A stretch of DNA of 64,000 nucleotides from Octopus vulgaris. Taxonomy: Eukaryota. Below are positions 11,996 to 25,514 of this stretch, one piece after another (positions within the stretch are counted from its first letter, which is position 1; each line of letters begins with the position of its first letter). Under the pieces are notes generated by a model. It was not told where the DNA came from and did not search any database. It saw only the letters and a program-made list of their open reading frames with translations. Location of the stretch: positions 6,014,001 through 6,078,000 of the forward strand of contig OX597827.1 in assembly GCA_951406725.2 (NCBI GenBank). Reading direction: 5' to 3'. Made by a program: the position numbers and the translations under genes.

Positions 11996-12315
11996 AGACA
12001 CACACACATCATCATCATCATCGTTAAACGTCCGCTTTCCGTGCTAGCACGGGTTGGATGGTTCGACCGGGGTCTGGGAAGCCAGGGGCTGCACCAAGCT
12101 CCAGTCTGATCTGGCAGTGTTTCTACAGTTGGATGCCCTTCCTAACGCCAACCACTCCGCGAGTGTAGTGGATGCTTTTATATTTATATACATATGTACA
12201 GCAAGCTTCTTTCAATATTTGTCTAGTATAAACTTTTGATATGTATTTCACAGGAGTTTGCTCTTGAAACCAGTCTTATGTGCTTGGTAATTGGAATGGT
12301 CAACCAGAATGTTAA

Positions 12316-12566
12316 CCCTTTCCTGGCAATATTTTTATTGAAATGTACAACTAATGTATTGCAATTAACTTTTTAAAGTAATAAAGAATTTTGTTGGGGT
12401 TTGGTAATTTTGTGTAATTAATCAGGTGTTTGGAACATGGTCAAATTATAATAAAAGGTTTTGCTTTAAATAAGAAAAATTTTAAAACAAGAAGTTCTGT
12501 ATAAAAAAAAACAAAAATACAAGATAAACACAAAGGGTGCACTTGATTGGAATTGTATCAAAAGGA
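12316..12566. mobile_element. Decayed piggyBac-like MITE
   Basis: TTAA|CCCTTT ... AAAGGA|TTAA termini. Confidence 0.5.
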
Positions 12567-13002
12567 TTAAGTCATCAGAATAAGAATAATTATAATCATA
12601 ATATTAACGAGGTTGCAAATGATTGAGTTTGATAGCAAAGGAGCCTATATGTGATTATCTCACTTGCTTGAAATAACAGGCAAGTTCTCACAAAGCACAT
12701 CTCACAATTTTACAGTGAAAAAAAAATGGAAAAAAAAAAACCACTTAGGAAAATATAGAGTCAGGCAAAAAGACAAGGTGTTCATGGTTGGACAGAGAGC
12801 TCTCCATCAGAGCTGACCAGAGATAAACAACAACCCCTTGAGGAATCAGCAGTTTATATATATTTTGCTATAAGCACTGCACTGTAACTTTTACTAAAAC
12901 AGCAGGTGTCATGATATATCATATGCCTCAGGTATTCCACATTTTTCTTGACATCATATTTTCCTTCATCAGGAAGAGATTTTACACACACACACACACA
13001 TA

Positions 13003-13174
13003 GGCGCAGGAGTGGCTGTGTGGCAAGTAGCTTGCTAACCAGCCACATGGTTCCGTGGTTCAGTCCCACTGCATGGCATCTTGGGCAAGTGTCTTCTGCT
13101 ATAGCCCCGGGCCGACCAATGCCTTGTGAGTGGATTTGGTAGACGGAAACTGAAAGAAGCCTGTCGTATATATG

Positions 13175-13221
<47 letters not shown>

Positions 13222-13430
13222 TTGTGTTTGTGTGTTTGTCCCTCTAGCATTGCTTGACAACCGATGCTGGTGTGTTTGCGTCCCCGTTACTTAGTGGTTC
13301 AGCAAAAGAGACCGATAGAATAAGTACTGGGCTTACAAAGAATAAGTCCCGGGGTCGATTTGCTCGACTAAAGGCGGTGCTCCAGCATGGCCGCAGTCAA
13401 ATGACTGAAACAAGTAAAAGAGAAAAAAGA
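13003..13430 (+). mobile_element. tRNA-derived CORE-type SINE (family A), full length
   Basis: A-box-like tggctgtgtgg, B-box-like ggttcagtccc, CORE-like atcttgggcaagt, internal (TA)/(TG) tract, LINE-like tail ggcggtgctccagcatggccgcagtcaaatgactgaaac; resembles the octopus OR-type SINEs (from memory). Confidence 0.9.
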
Positions 13431-13584
13431 GATAGATATGCTTTAAATGGAGAAGCAGTGACAAATGATGATCACTGCGTATATAAAAAATAATCTAATA
13501 CTGAGGCATAAAAGCCCTCAATGGAAAAAAGTGGTTCATTAGAATCGAACCCACACCTCTTACACACACACACACACACACATT

Positions 13585-14343
13585 TATTCTTTTACTTGTT
13601 TCAGTCATTTGACTGCGGCCATGCTGGAAATTGACCCCAGGTCTTACCCTATGTAAGCCTAGTACTTATTCTATGGGTCACTTTTTGCCAAACTGCTAAG
13701 TTACGGAGATGTAAGCACACCAACATCGGTTGTCAAGTGACGGTGGAGAAACAAACACAGACACACAAACATATACATATATATACATATATACAATGGA
13801 CTTCTTTCGGTTTCTGTCTACCAAATCCACACACAAGAGTTTGGTCAGCCGAAGTCTATTGCCCAAGGTGCCACGCAGTGGGACTGAACCCAGAACCAAG
13901 CTTCTTACCACACAGCCTAAACCTGGAACCAAACTTCTCACCACACAGCCATGCCTGTGCCTATAGATATATATATGTGCCAACCAAATGGTTCCAGGTT
14001 TAGTCCCACAGTGGGGTACCTTGGGCAACCGTTTTCTACAATGGCCTTGAGCCAACCAAAGCTTTATGAGTCGAGCAGATAGATGGAAACTGAAAAAAGA
14101 TGCCTGTGATACCTTAATCTTTTACTTGTTTCAATGATTAGACTGCAGCCATATTTTGACACCATCTTGTAGAATTTCAATTGAATGAAACAAACCCGGT
14201 ACTTCAGGACTTTTTTCTTTTTAAGCTTGGTACTTATTCTGTTGGTCTCTTTTGCTGACCCACTAACTTACTGGAATGTCAACACACCAACACCAATTTT
14301 GAAGCAGTGATGGCACATACACACACACATGCACACACACACA

Positions 14344-14413
<70 letters not shown>

Positions 14414-14900
14414 CGGTATGCTTCTTTCAGTTTCTCTCAACCAAATCCAATCACAAGGCTTTAGTCAGCCCAAAGCTACAGTAGAAGTCAATTGCCCAGG
14501 CTGCTACACTGTAGGACTGAACCTAGAACTATCTGTTAGGGAAGCAAACTTCTTATCACACAGCCATGTTTTTGCCTTTATGTATATATATATATATTCT
14601 TTTACTTGTTTCAGTCATTTGACTGCACCCATGCTGGAGCACTGCCTTTAGTCAGACAAATTGATCTGAGGACTTATTTTTTATAAGCCTAGTACTTAAT
14701 CTATCTGTCTCTCTTGCCAAACCACTAAGTTATTACGGGGACATAAACTCACCAACAAGTGATGGTGAGGGGACAAACAAAGACACACAAACATATATAT
14801 ATAATCCTTCCTAGCCACATCGTTTGGGTTCACCTTGAGCAATTGTCTTCTGCTGTAGCCTCAGATCAACCGAAGCCTTGTAATTGAATTTGGTAGGCAA
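13585..14900. mobile_element. Cluster of family A SINE copies/fragments in both orientations
   Basis: Repeated matches to family A head and tail segments. Confidence 0.8.
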
Positions 14901-15789
14901 AATTATTGATGCATGTGAACCTGCGTGTATAAGTGCTTGTGCCTCCTAACAGAGAGGGGAATATATATGTTTATGTGTGTGTGTATTATATATGTATGTA
15001 TATCTATCTATCTACATATATATATATATATATATATATATGCAGGAGTGGCAAAGGCACGGGAGTGGCATAGGTGCAGGAGTATTATTTGTTCATCTAT
15101 TTTGAGCATTTGGTTGAACAGTACTATTCAGGCAAAACAGGGAAAGGTGTATAGTAGCAACAACAAGAATCAAAGAAGTGTAGGTCTGATCATGAAAGGG
15201 AATAAAATCTGATATTTCTCTACCTAATTTAGGGCTGCCACAAATCACTCAGGGTAGTCTACAGAGGTTTACTACTAAATTTTGGAAAGTTAGTTGAAGG
15301 GAAAGAAAAGACTCCCTTCAGTCATAAATGACCAAGGGTTTGCACCTAGAAAGTTCCCCTCTGAGGCAAAAATCTGGGCAAGGCTGCTTATGGAAGACCA
15401 GTAGTCACTTACGCATTGGGTATCTTACTTTATGTTACCACCTTTTTGTTCCTAAATAAACTTACTTAATGAGTTTGAGATTTCCTTATTCCTATGTTTA
15501 AAAGAAGAGACATGGTTATATTATTGAGATTTGAAGCTGGTTGCCCAACAACCTATGTAATAGTGAAATTATTTACTGGTATCAACTGAACATCTGTAAA
15601 CTAGATTATTTATCTAACAGACATCTAAGGTCTCTATGATTACAATTATTATTATTACAACTCCTAATATTGTGATTATTATTCTCATTATTAATCATAT
15701 TATTATTATTAACTTTACCATTATTCTTATTCTTATTGCTACTGTCCTTATTTTTATTATCACAGCCATTATTATTAAGAGTTATATAT

Positions 15790-17060
15790 GATTAGCAAGG
15801 ATTTTATATTGAGATTTGGTAATAACAAGTCTCCTCAAATATCAAGAACTTTCCGTTGGATTCTTGCAGAATATAGGACGGTACTTTTCTGCTGGTCACT
15901 AATACATGTTTCAATTCCATTCTCTTTCAATCTTTTAGATAACATTTTGGGTGTTGTGTCAAGTTCACCAATTACTTCAGGAATAATTGTTGTTCTTGTC
16001 TTCTACAGTCTCTTGAACTCTCTGGCTAAATCTGTCAATTTCTTTGTTATCAACTCAGCTATCATGAGAATTGCAACATCTTCAATCTTATGGTGTTTAT
16101 TTTGTCCTTTATAATCATATCTGGTGTTCTTGCTTCAATTCTATTGTCAGTCTTTATGGAGAATTCCCACAAGATCCTGCAATTCTTATTTTCTATCACA
16201 GCCTCTGGTTCATGTTCTGACCACTTTACTGTTATTGTAAAGCTGCACACTCAGCAAAATTCCAAATGCATGCTTTTACCTACACTGTAATCCATGCACT
16301 TTTTCTCCTTTTGTGCTAGAATACTACACACTACACTCACTCAAAATGTGATTGATACTCTTGTCTCCTTTCCAGCAGATTCTACACTTGCTGTCTGGAT
16401 GAGTTTTGTTGATCTTTGCCATTATAAAATTTGTCCTGTCTTGTTCCTGAACAACTATAATTAGCATTTCAGACTCTCATTTCAAGTTCCCATCTATCAG
16501 TTAGAGCTTGCATCTTTTACTGCCAACATTCTCAATTTGCTGCATGAATTGGTCATGTAAGTCCACTTGTTTCCATTTGTTTCCATTCTACTGTTTTTCC
16601 TTTTCTCTTAAAATTTCTCCTAGCGTTTCGGTCATCTTTTGGATATCTCTGGCTGTGACAGAATTCTTCCAAACTCAGTATCACATTACTAAAAATGTCT
16701 TCTGTGTTTAGTAATCCTCTGCCATTTTCCTTTCTTAGAAAGAAAAGCCTATTGGTATTAATTTTAGATTAGTGTGTATGGTGTATTGTGAGTAGCTTTC
16801 TAGTTCTTCTATCCAAGTTCTGTAGCTCAGCCTTCATCTTTTTCAGAAAGGGAATGGAGTATCTGAACACTGATACAATCCATGTATATTTATCGCTTTA
16901 ATGATATTACCTCCATTTAATTTTGTTTTGAGCACCTTCCTAATTCCCCTCTTGCACTCTTTAGTGATTTTCTCTCTAATTTCTCTTTTGATTATCCTAT
17001 CATCTTGCCATACTCCTCGGTATTTGTCTCCTTCATTATTCCACAGTAATCTAATGATGT
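15790..17060 (-). pseudogene. Decayed R4/Dong-like (RLE) LINE ORF fragment
   Basis: EHEPEAVIENKNCRILWEFSIKTDNRIEARTPDMII (PD of the restriction-like endonuclease) and an upstream CRIC..H..C zinc knuckle; many stops and frameshifts. Confidence 0.8.
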
Positions 17061-17104
17061 AGTCATATTATCATTATTATTGTTGTTGTTGTTGTATTAC
17101 TGTT

Positions 17105-17900
17105 TTACATTCTATTAGCTGAAGCATTAAGCATGATCTCTCTTAATCTACAAGCTTTGTGTAAAGCTATGATTTGCATCATATTCCTGGTGGTTGAATA
17201 TGTGAACTTAATTGAATGCTTATTAAACAATTTCCTGTATTGACTTGATGGTGTGAAATGTTTTTCCAAAGTCGTGAAGAATTCTCTTGGAATATCAGCA
17301 GTGACCTGGACACTGAATAATGCATTATGCCACACAACGTATTTTAATCTATTTCTCCATTTCCAAGAATTACCAATATGTTAACTTTTCTTAATTATAT
17401 TTTCATCAAGGTCTAGCCAACATGTATTATATTTAACCTTATTGTGATGAGTATAACCATTCCAGTCATGTTTTATCTTCCTCAAGGCACTAATTATGTA
17501 TATTATTCCTATTGTAACTCAAAGGCAGTCCAAATTTCCAGTAGATCTATTTGTGCTAGCCTTATTCTGAGAGTATTCCCCCTTATGTGCATTTAACTTT
17601 TCTTTCTTTCCATCGGAGAGGAGTGTTCCAGTATCCATTCTTATATTTACACCAACAGTTTCATGATTGAATTTTCTATTATAACATTATAGCAAGTTCT
17701 AGAAATTCTGATGATAATATTAAGGTAGACATTACAATTATCATTCTCCTACTGTTTAACATTATTATCCTTGTCAGAATTACTATTAGGGGTCTATTCA
17801 ATCCTTTCTTTTTATCCCTCTTCAGCTGGGGCTGAGTTATAATGAAGATTTAACTGTGGAATTAAAGCTCTCCAATTTTTATCTGAAACATTTGTAAGTC
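17105..17900 (-). pseudogene. Penelope-like element RT C-terminal/linker fragment
   Basis: WHNALFSVQVTADIPREFFTTLEKHFTPSSQYRKLFNKHSIKFTYSTTRNMMQII resembles the PLE motif WFNPPFS..V.TNI...FL..LDKHF......KIFN..TVK.SYS. Confidence 0.7.
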
Positions 17901-18056
17901 TTCAATAAATATACAAAAGTCTATTATTTGTATTATATATATGTGGTGTGATGATGGGGAATGCTATCTCTAAATAACATATATATATATATGCATACAT
18001 ACATACATACAAATATATATATATATGTATATGTATGTATATATATATATATATAT

Positions 18057-18265
18057 ATAAGCAAGGAAAAATTGTAAAAAGGCAGAATGCTAAATTGAAA
18101 GAAAATTTTAATGAAAATGGGTGTAAAAGTCACATTATGACGAAAACCGGTTTGATTTAATATATATATATTTTATCAATTTTTCAAAATTTTCCATACA
18201 CCCATTTTCATTAAAATTTTCTTTCAATTTAGCATTCTGCCTTTTTACAATTTTTCCTTGCTTAT
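18057..18265. repeat. 69-bp inverted repeat (PLE-type fold-back)
   Basis: Arms 18057-18125/18197-18265; close to the PLE fragment. Confidence 0.85.
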
Positions 18266-18307
18266 CATTTTTCCACGTGCGGTCAACACAACCCCACCAT
18301 TTATTGA

Positions 18308-18343
<36 letters not shown>

Positions 18344-18856
18344 AGTATATATATATATGTATGTGTGTATATATATATGCATACAAAATATAGGACTACA
18401 AACAACACTTGGAGAAAAAATCATCGCATTTTCTTACATAATTCAACAAAATATTTGTCTAATTATTAAACAAAATTTTAATCTGAAATATTTTGAAGAA
18501 AATTATATTTTTTTTGCCTCTGTTTGTTTTGGTCAGTATTTGGACCACTTAATGTTTATAATGACCAGCATCTAAAAAGAAATGCATAAATTGGTAAAGT
18601 CTGCATGGGACGTATTTCTTGTTACCTTTCTTTTGTTCTTAGCTTTTATCCTATATTCGTTTCAGTCATTGGACTGCAGCCATTCTGGGCTATCCTTCCA
18701 GAGGGTTTAGTTGAACAACTCCCACTCGCACTAGGACTTACGTTTTACGTCTGGCACTTATTCTGTCATTCACTTTTGCCAAATTGCTAAGTTACAGGAA
18801 CATAAACAAACCTACTCTGGTTGTTAAGTGTGTGTGTGTGTGTATGTGTGTATATA

Positions 18857-18888
<32 letters not shown>

Positions 18889-18889
18889 C

Positions 18890-19289
18890 CTCTTTTTTTG
18901 GTTTATGTGGAGATCGCTCTCCTTTAGCTAACTCTCCTTAAAAGAGTTGTTTTGGCATCCTTGAATCCTTCATCCTGACCAGATGACCACTCCTTCTGAG
19001 CCTTTGCTTTAACACAAGAGCTTCTATACTTTCGCACCGAGAGCCTTCCAATATTTCAAGATCACTGATGCGGTCCTCCCACTTAATGCCATAGATCCGC
19101 CTGAGACACATCTGATGGAAACGTTCCAGTTGTTTAAGGTGGTATTGATATGTGATCTACGTCTCACAGGCATAGAGAAGAGAAGGGAGCACACATGCCT
19201 TGTACACCTTTATCTTTGTCTTTCTGCATATGTCTTGCCGACTCCAGAGGTACCTTTCTAGCCTTCTGAAAGCAACACTTGCTTTCCTA

Positions 19290-19295
<6 letters not shown>
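18890..19295 (-). pseudogene. RTE-clade LINE RT C-terminal fragment
   Basis: RIRKASVAFRRLERYLWSRQDICRKTKIKVYKACVLPSLLYACET*...RMKDSRMPKQLF*GEL. Confidence 0.85.
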
Positions 19296-19326
<31 letters not shown>

Positions 19327-19339
19327 GTGGGTAGTGGGT

Positions 19340-20025
19340 AGCGAAGATCTACCAGGCATGTGTACTTGGCACTCTACTGTATGGAAGTGAGACTTGGACG
19401 CTATACACACTCCAAGAGCGTCGCCTAAATATCTTTCACCTGCGCTGCCTCTGGAAAATCCATCGCATCAAATGGCAGAATCATGTCCCCAACAAAGATG
19501 TCCTCAAGCAAGCAGGAATACCAAGCATGTTTGCACTCCTCACACAAAGACTTATAAGATGGCTTGGACATGTTAGCCATAAGGAAGATGGCAGAATCCC
19601 CAAGGACATACTCTACGGAGAGCTTGCTAGGGGCACTAGGTCTGTGGGAAGACCGCTCTTACGATACAAGGATGTTTGCAAAAGGTAGATGAAGGCCTGC
19701 AATATCAATATTAGCAACTGGGAAGCAGTTGCCAGCAACCGTGGAGATTGGTGACATACCGTAAGAGAGGGAACACAAAGGAGTGACAGAGAGAGAGGAG
19801 AAATGGAAAGACAAGAAAAGACGTCAACAGGAAACTAAGGCATTATAACCTAGCCAGGAAAAGTCTTCGCTACATTTGCGGCACCTTCCAGAGGAAGTGT
19901 TTGTCCAGGATAGGACTACACAGCCACAGCAGGAAATGTATTAGGACATGAGATGTAAAAGCCGGACTAGATTATTTTATGCTCAACTCCATTGTCACTC
20001 AAGACAAAAAGGATGCCAGCACTGA
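19340..20025 (+). pseudogene. RTE/RTE-X LINE 3' end with C-terminal zinc-finger remnant
   Basis: IYQACVLGTLLYGSETWTLY...WLGHVSHKEDGRIPKDILYGELARGTRSVGRPLLRYKDVCK, then CLSRIGLHSHSRKC and 3'UTR. Confidence 0.85.
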
Positions 20026-20132
20026 TATATATATATAATTGTAGTGGCGGTTTATTTCTTTATATTAAAAATTTTATGTATTGATTAAGTCTTTCCTTGT
20101 TTGTTTTGCAAAATAGTGGTTTTGTCTCGAAT

Positions 20133-20176
<44 letters not shown>

Positions 20177-20177
20177 G

Positions 20178-20208
<31 letters not shown>

Positions 20209-20220
20209 GTATATATATAT

Positions 20221-20261
<41 letters not shown>

Positions 20262-20989
20262 AATGTATGTATATATATGTATATATATATGTATATATAT
20301 ATATGTGTGTGTATAAATATTTTTATATTATTTTACTCATTTCAGTCATGTGGTTACAGTTGTGCAGAAGCACCATATATATATATATATATATATATAT
20401 ACTCACACATATATATATGAGCGTATACAGGCATACATACATATATATGATGGGCTTTCACACAGTTTCCATCAATCAAATTCATTTGCGTGCCATTAGT
20501 CAGGCCTGGGCTACAGAAGACACTTGCCCAAGGTGCCATGCAGTGGGACTGAATCCCTAACCAACAGGTTGCAAAGCTAGCTTTTTAACTACAATCAATT
20601 TAACCACAATCAATTTATTTTCAAATAACCAATATTTTTATTGAATTTCAATTTTGTGTAAATGATTTTGGCTTTCATATAATCGATAAATTGTCCAGCA
20701 TATCTTGAAGACTAGTAACAAAAAAAAAAAATAAAACCAAATTGGATTATGAAATCAAGTTTTATTTTATTTTTATTTTTATTTAGCAATCATTGATGAC
20801 AAATTTAGACTTCGTAGTTGCAGTCATTTCTGAGATAACCAGAGTGGACACTTAAGCAATCAATCAAGCAAACAAACTGAATATTAAAAAAAGCCATCTA
20901 TATTTTTAGTATAGAAAATGGATATTTTGGAAGAGAGACAGAATGTTAGTAGTACCACAACAACAACAAGATTATCATAAACCTCCCCC

Positions 20990-21265
20990 TCTTCCTCATC
21001 ATCATCGTCGTCGTCGTCGTCATCATCATCATCATCATCATCATCAGAATCCTCATCATCATCATCATCAACATCATCCTCATCATCATCATCATCCTCA
21101 TCATCATCATAATCATCATCATCATCATCATCATCCTCATCATCATCATCATCCTCATCATCATCATCATCATCCTCATCATCATCATCCTCATCCTCAT
21201 CCTCATCATCATCATCATCATCATCATCCTCATCATCATCATCATCCTCATCATCATCATCATCC

Positions 21266-21331
<66 letters not shown>

Positions 21332-21355
21332 ACAGCAGCAGCAGCAACAACAACA
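20990..21355. repeat. Long (CAT)n array with periodic CCT interruptions
   Basis: Direct reading; source of the poly-D/H/M ORFs. Confidence 0.95.
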
Positions 21356-21508
21356 GTTAAATAATCCAACCTGCCTTTTTTTCTAACCCCCCCCCCTGTT
21401 ATCACTTAATCATGACAGAGGGGCAGCACCCATCTCCTTCTCAAGAACTCTGTGACTGATGAAAAGGAAGAAGGGTAAAGTTATCCTCAAACCAGAGACC
21501 TAGGTTAA

Positions 21509-22124
21509 CTCTTTAGGATTTTAATCCGACCATGCCCAGCCAGAATATTGTACCTGTTTTATGTTCAAGCCAAACAGATCCAGTCTCTCACACCTTCCTT
21601 ATAATGTCATTCTCAAAATAAATAATTGCATCATCAAAATCTTGAAGCTATAACATAATCTCTCTATATATATAAAGCTGAAGTTGTCTGTGTATGGCAG
21701 ATTTAGTAGCCTTTAACTAACACTATCTCCTCCAAGACCCTGCAGCGCAAGTTGACCAAAACTGAGAGTATGATAGAAAAAGACTTGCTCTTCCTTCCAT
21801 AGAAGAAAAAATTCAAATTAGACTAAGTTAACACCCAAAATTATTTACATCAAAAAGGTGATTTTTTTTCTATGAAAATCCCTATTTTTTACGATTTTTT
21901 TACTGTTGTCTCGCCATTTTTCGGTGTATTTCAACCAGAAAAATGTTCACTTAAAGAGAATAACAAGTTACATAATGCAAAATTTTTACTTTTCAAAAAT
22001 TCCAATTCTAAAGGGTCGAAACAAACCCGAGCAACACTGGCAATACTGCTAGTGTATCATAAATTGAAAACGATGTAAAGAAATAAGCATTACAGTTGAC
22101 AGAGTAATCATAGTGCTGAAAGGG
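21509..22124. mobile_element. piggyBac-like MITE interrupted by a Helitron
   Basis: TTAA|CTCTTT ... AAAGGG|TTAA. Confidence 0.6.
21659..22052 (+). mobile_element. Non-autonomous Helitron
   Basis: A|TC start, subterminal hairpin remnant cccgagcaacactgg, CTAG|T end; 3' end shared with 25515-25816. Confidence 0.8.
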
Positions 22125-22296
22125 TTAAATATCTGCTGCAGAATGGCCTCACCTAAAGGTACCAGGTTAATAACTGGGTAATGAAGTCTAACACTGACAT
22201 AAGCCATAGTGAAATTTGCGCTCAGAATGCAAAAAGCTGGAGCCAGGCAGCTCCAGCTCTAACAAATCTACTGATCCATGGTTTTAGGCTTTTTTT

Positions 22297-22938
22297 TTAC
22301 TCTTTTACTTGTTTCAGTCATTTGACTGCGGCCATGCTGGAGCACCGCCTTTAGTCGATCGAGCAAATTGACCCCAGGACTTATTCTTTGTAAGCCTAGT
22401 ACTTATTCTATCAGTCTCTTTTGCCGAACCGCTAAGTTACGGGGACATAAACACACCAGCATCAATTGTCAAGCGATGGTGGTGGGACAAACACAGACAC
22501 ACAAACATACACACACACACACACATATATCCCTCTCTCTCTTTCGGAGAGGCACTGAGCAGCTATACGCACATATACACATACGGCAGTAACTTCCACC
22601 TACCGAATTCAATCACAAAGCTTCGGTCGACTCGAAGCTATAGCGGAAGACACCTACCCAAAGTGCCACGCAGTGGGACTGAACCCGAAACCATGTAGTT
22701 AGGAAGCAAGCTCCCTAACCACACAGCCATATATGAAGCCCGTATATATATATATATATATATATACATATATACGATGGGCTTCTTTCAGTTTCCGTCT
22801 ACCAAATCCACTCACAAGGCTTTGGTCAGCCCGAGGCTGTAGTAGAAGACACTTGCCCAAGGTGCCACACGGTGGGACTGAACCCAGAACCATGTGGTTT
22901 GTAAGCAAGCTACTTACCACACAGCCACTCCTACGCCT
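22297..22938 (-). mobile_element. Adjacent/nested family A SINE copies
   Basis: Tail at 22297-22510, variant head 22531-22730, head 22775-22938. Confidence 0.85.
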
Positions 22939-24732
22939 ATGATCCCAATCATACTGGTTACTTTATCTATCGACCCTAGAAGAATTGAAAGCAGATGGGA
23001 AATAGACAGGATTTTAATCTAAAATTCAAAGAGCCAGAATAAATACCAGAAGACACTCATCAAACAATTCTTTCCATTCACCACTTCTACGCTATAACAG
23101 ATACAGTACGGTACTTGCTTATTCCGAAATTGAGTTCTGCGAAAAAACAATTTTATTTGAATGTAAATGTCTTTGAATCATACGCCATATTGTAAGTGCG
23201 AGAGGAATGCATCTTAGCTCTGTAAACCACCAAACTTCCTTCCGTTTCCAGCTTTGTTCAGAGTTTCATTAGATTATTCTCTTTCCAATCTCTAACTTTC
23301 CCTCTATCTGTCTCTACATATCCCCCCTCCTCTTACTCTCTCTCATTCTCTCTCTCTCTACTTCTACCTGTATTGTGCAGCCACTTAAAGTAGAGGAGGG
23401 AATTCTCTTACTTGCTTGCTTCTCTCAAGAGTATTAGAGATATAAGCAAACAAAAATGGTCACAAATTGAAATAGCTTATATTGAAAATCAAAACTGGAT
23501 TTCTTATCTTCACTACAGTGCTTGTCACAGTATTTCATTTTAGTCGAAATATTAAAACACTTTTCAATGACATTTTAATTTAATGTATATTTTACTTCCA
23601 GAAGACATTCTACATTATCATATACAAACACACACAAATATATATAAATGTGTGTGTGTATATATTTACATATATGTGTGTGTGTATATAAGAGATATCA
23701 AAATTTTAAAATCATAAGTAGATGCGAAATACCATCCTTCTAGACTTCTAATATTTCAATCTCATTCAGTTAATGTAAATATTTAATTGAACCAGGAAAC
23801 TAGAATTATTGTGTCTTGTAAATAATGAATCACTAGATATTTATTCTAATCTTCTGGGTCGTTAAAATAATGTTCTTGGAATTATTTCGTGATGTTTGAA
23901 AGAATTTGATGTTTCACAGAGAAAGATTATACAGAAGTTAATTCAATCAAAGACACCCCTTCCCAAGGAAAGTTGGTTTGTACCTATGTGAGGAATCGTT
24001 ATGGTTTTAGAGAATAGTATTGTGTTTAATTCTTAGGAAAGCTTACATCATCAGTGAGTATCTTTTTATCTTTACCTTGTTTCAGTCATTAGGCTGTGGC
24101 CATGTTGGGGCACCATCTTGAAGCGCTTTTAAATGAATGAACCGACCCCCACCCAGGACTTGTTTTTGCCTTTCAGTCCTGGTACTTATTCTATCAGTCT
24201 CTCTTTTTGCTGAACTGCTAAATTATAGGGACGTATATAAACCAACAACATTTGTTTAGTGGTGGTGGAGGACAAAAACAAACAAACACACACACACATG
24301 TATATGTCAGGATTCTTTCAGTTTCCATTTACCAAATTTGCTCACTAAGTCAACCCGAGGCTGTAGTGGAGGACACTTGCCCAAGGTGCCATGGATACCA
24401 AAACACATACTTCTGGATTCGGTGGGATTGAACCCAGAACCATGTGTTTGGAAGCAAGCTTTTTACCACACACCTACACTTGTCTTTACGTTCATTTTTA
24501 TTATCTAATTTTTTAAAGTTTGGTATTTATTCTATCAGGGTCTCTTGCTGAGACACTAAGCTATGGGAACATAAACAAACCCACATCAGTAAGCTGTGCC
24601 AGTAGGAGAAATGTGGAAAACACAGACACAATGACACACACTGATAGACATAGATATATATGCATGTATGTATATATATATACATATACACACACACACA
24701 TATGTGTGTGTTTATGTGTACATATATATATA

Positions 24733-24771
<39 letters not shown>

Positions 24772-24772
24772 C

Positions 24773-25065
24773 ACCGTGACCGACCAGGCTATCAGATGTT
24801 GCTATACATCGCTGGTCACAATGCGCTTAGCATTGTTTTAGCCTTCAAATGATGCCACCCCGCTGGCTAAGCGAGCAGGCCAACAGACAAAAGAGTGAGA
24901 GAAAGTTGTGGCGAAAGAGTACAACAGGGATCGCCACCCCCACCGCCCTGCCGGAGCCTCGTGGAGCTTTAGGTATTTTCGCTCAATAAACACCCACAAC
25001 ACCCGGTCTGGGAATCGAAACTGCGATCCTACGACCGCGAGTCCGCTGCCCTAACCACTGGGCCA
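24773..25065 (-). mobile_element. tRNA(Arg)-like SINE family C
   Basis: Minus head tggcccagtggttagggcagcggactcgcggtcgtaggatcgcagtttcgattccc; other copies 38280-38630(-), 42679-42985(+), 59838-60122(+), 61070-61366(-). Confidence 0.85.
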
Positions 25066-25076
25066 TATATATATAT

Positions 25077-25469
25077 TCACAATTTAGGTTAGTTGAAATA
25101 TGTTTGTCACATATTTCATCTGCTAAAGCCAAATACACTGCAGTTACCATGAAGAAAAAATCTCTCATGGTATAAAAAGTGTGAAAATACCCCATTCATT
25201 CAGTGTCGCCCTCTCTTGGGAATCTCAGACATCAATGTTTCGAGTTTATTGACTCTTGTTGATGAGAGGTACATCTCATCGACAAGAGACAATAAACTCA
25301 AAACATCCATGTCTGAGATTCCCAAGAGAGGGATGACACTGAATGAATGGGGTATTTTCACACCTTTTTACCATAAAGAGAGATTTTTTGTCTCCATGGT
25401 AACTGCAGTGTATTTGGCTTTAGCAGATGAAATATGTGATAAACATATTTCAACTAACCTAAATTGTGA
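25077..25469. repeat. About 190-bp-arm hairpin with 6-nt loop (inverted dimer of a PLE-type end)
   Basis: Arms 25077-25267 and 25274-25469 are near-complementary. Confidence 0.9.
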
Positions 25470-25514
25470 TTATACATAAACTCTGCTTAGCGCATTTACT
25501 CCGATATATATATA

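Noticed and set aside
20884-21405. 173-aa Asp-rich ORF resembling biomineral acidic proteins
   Set aside because: Pure (GAT)n repeat with no signal peptide; equally open as poly-His and poly-Met.
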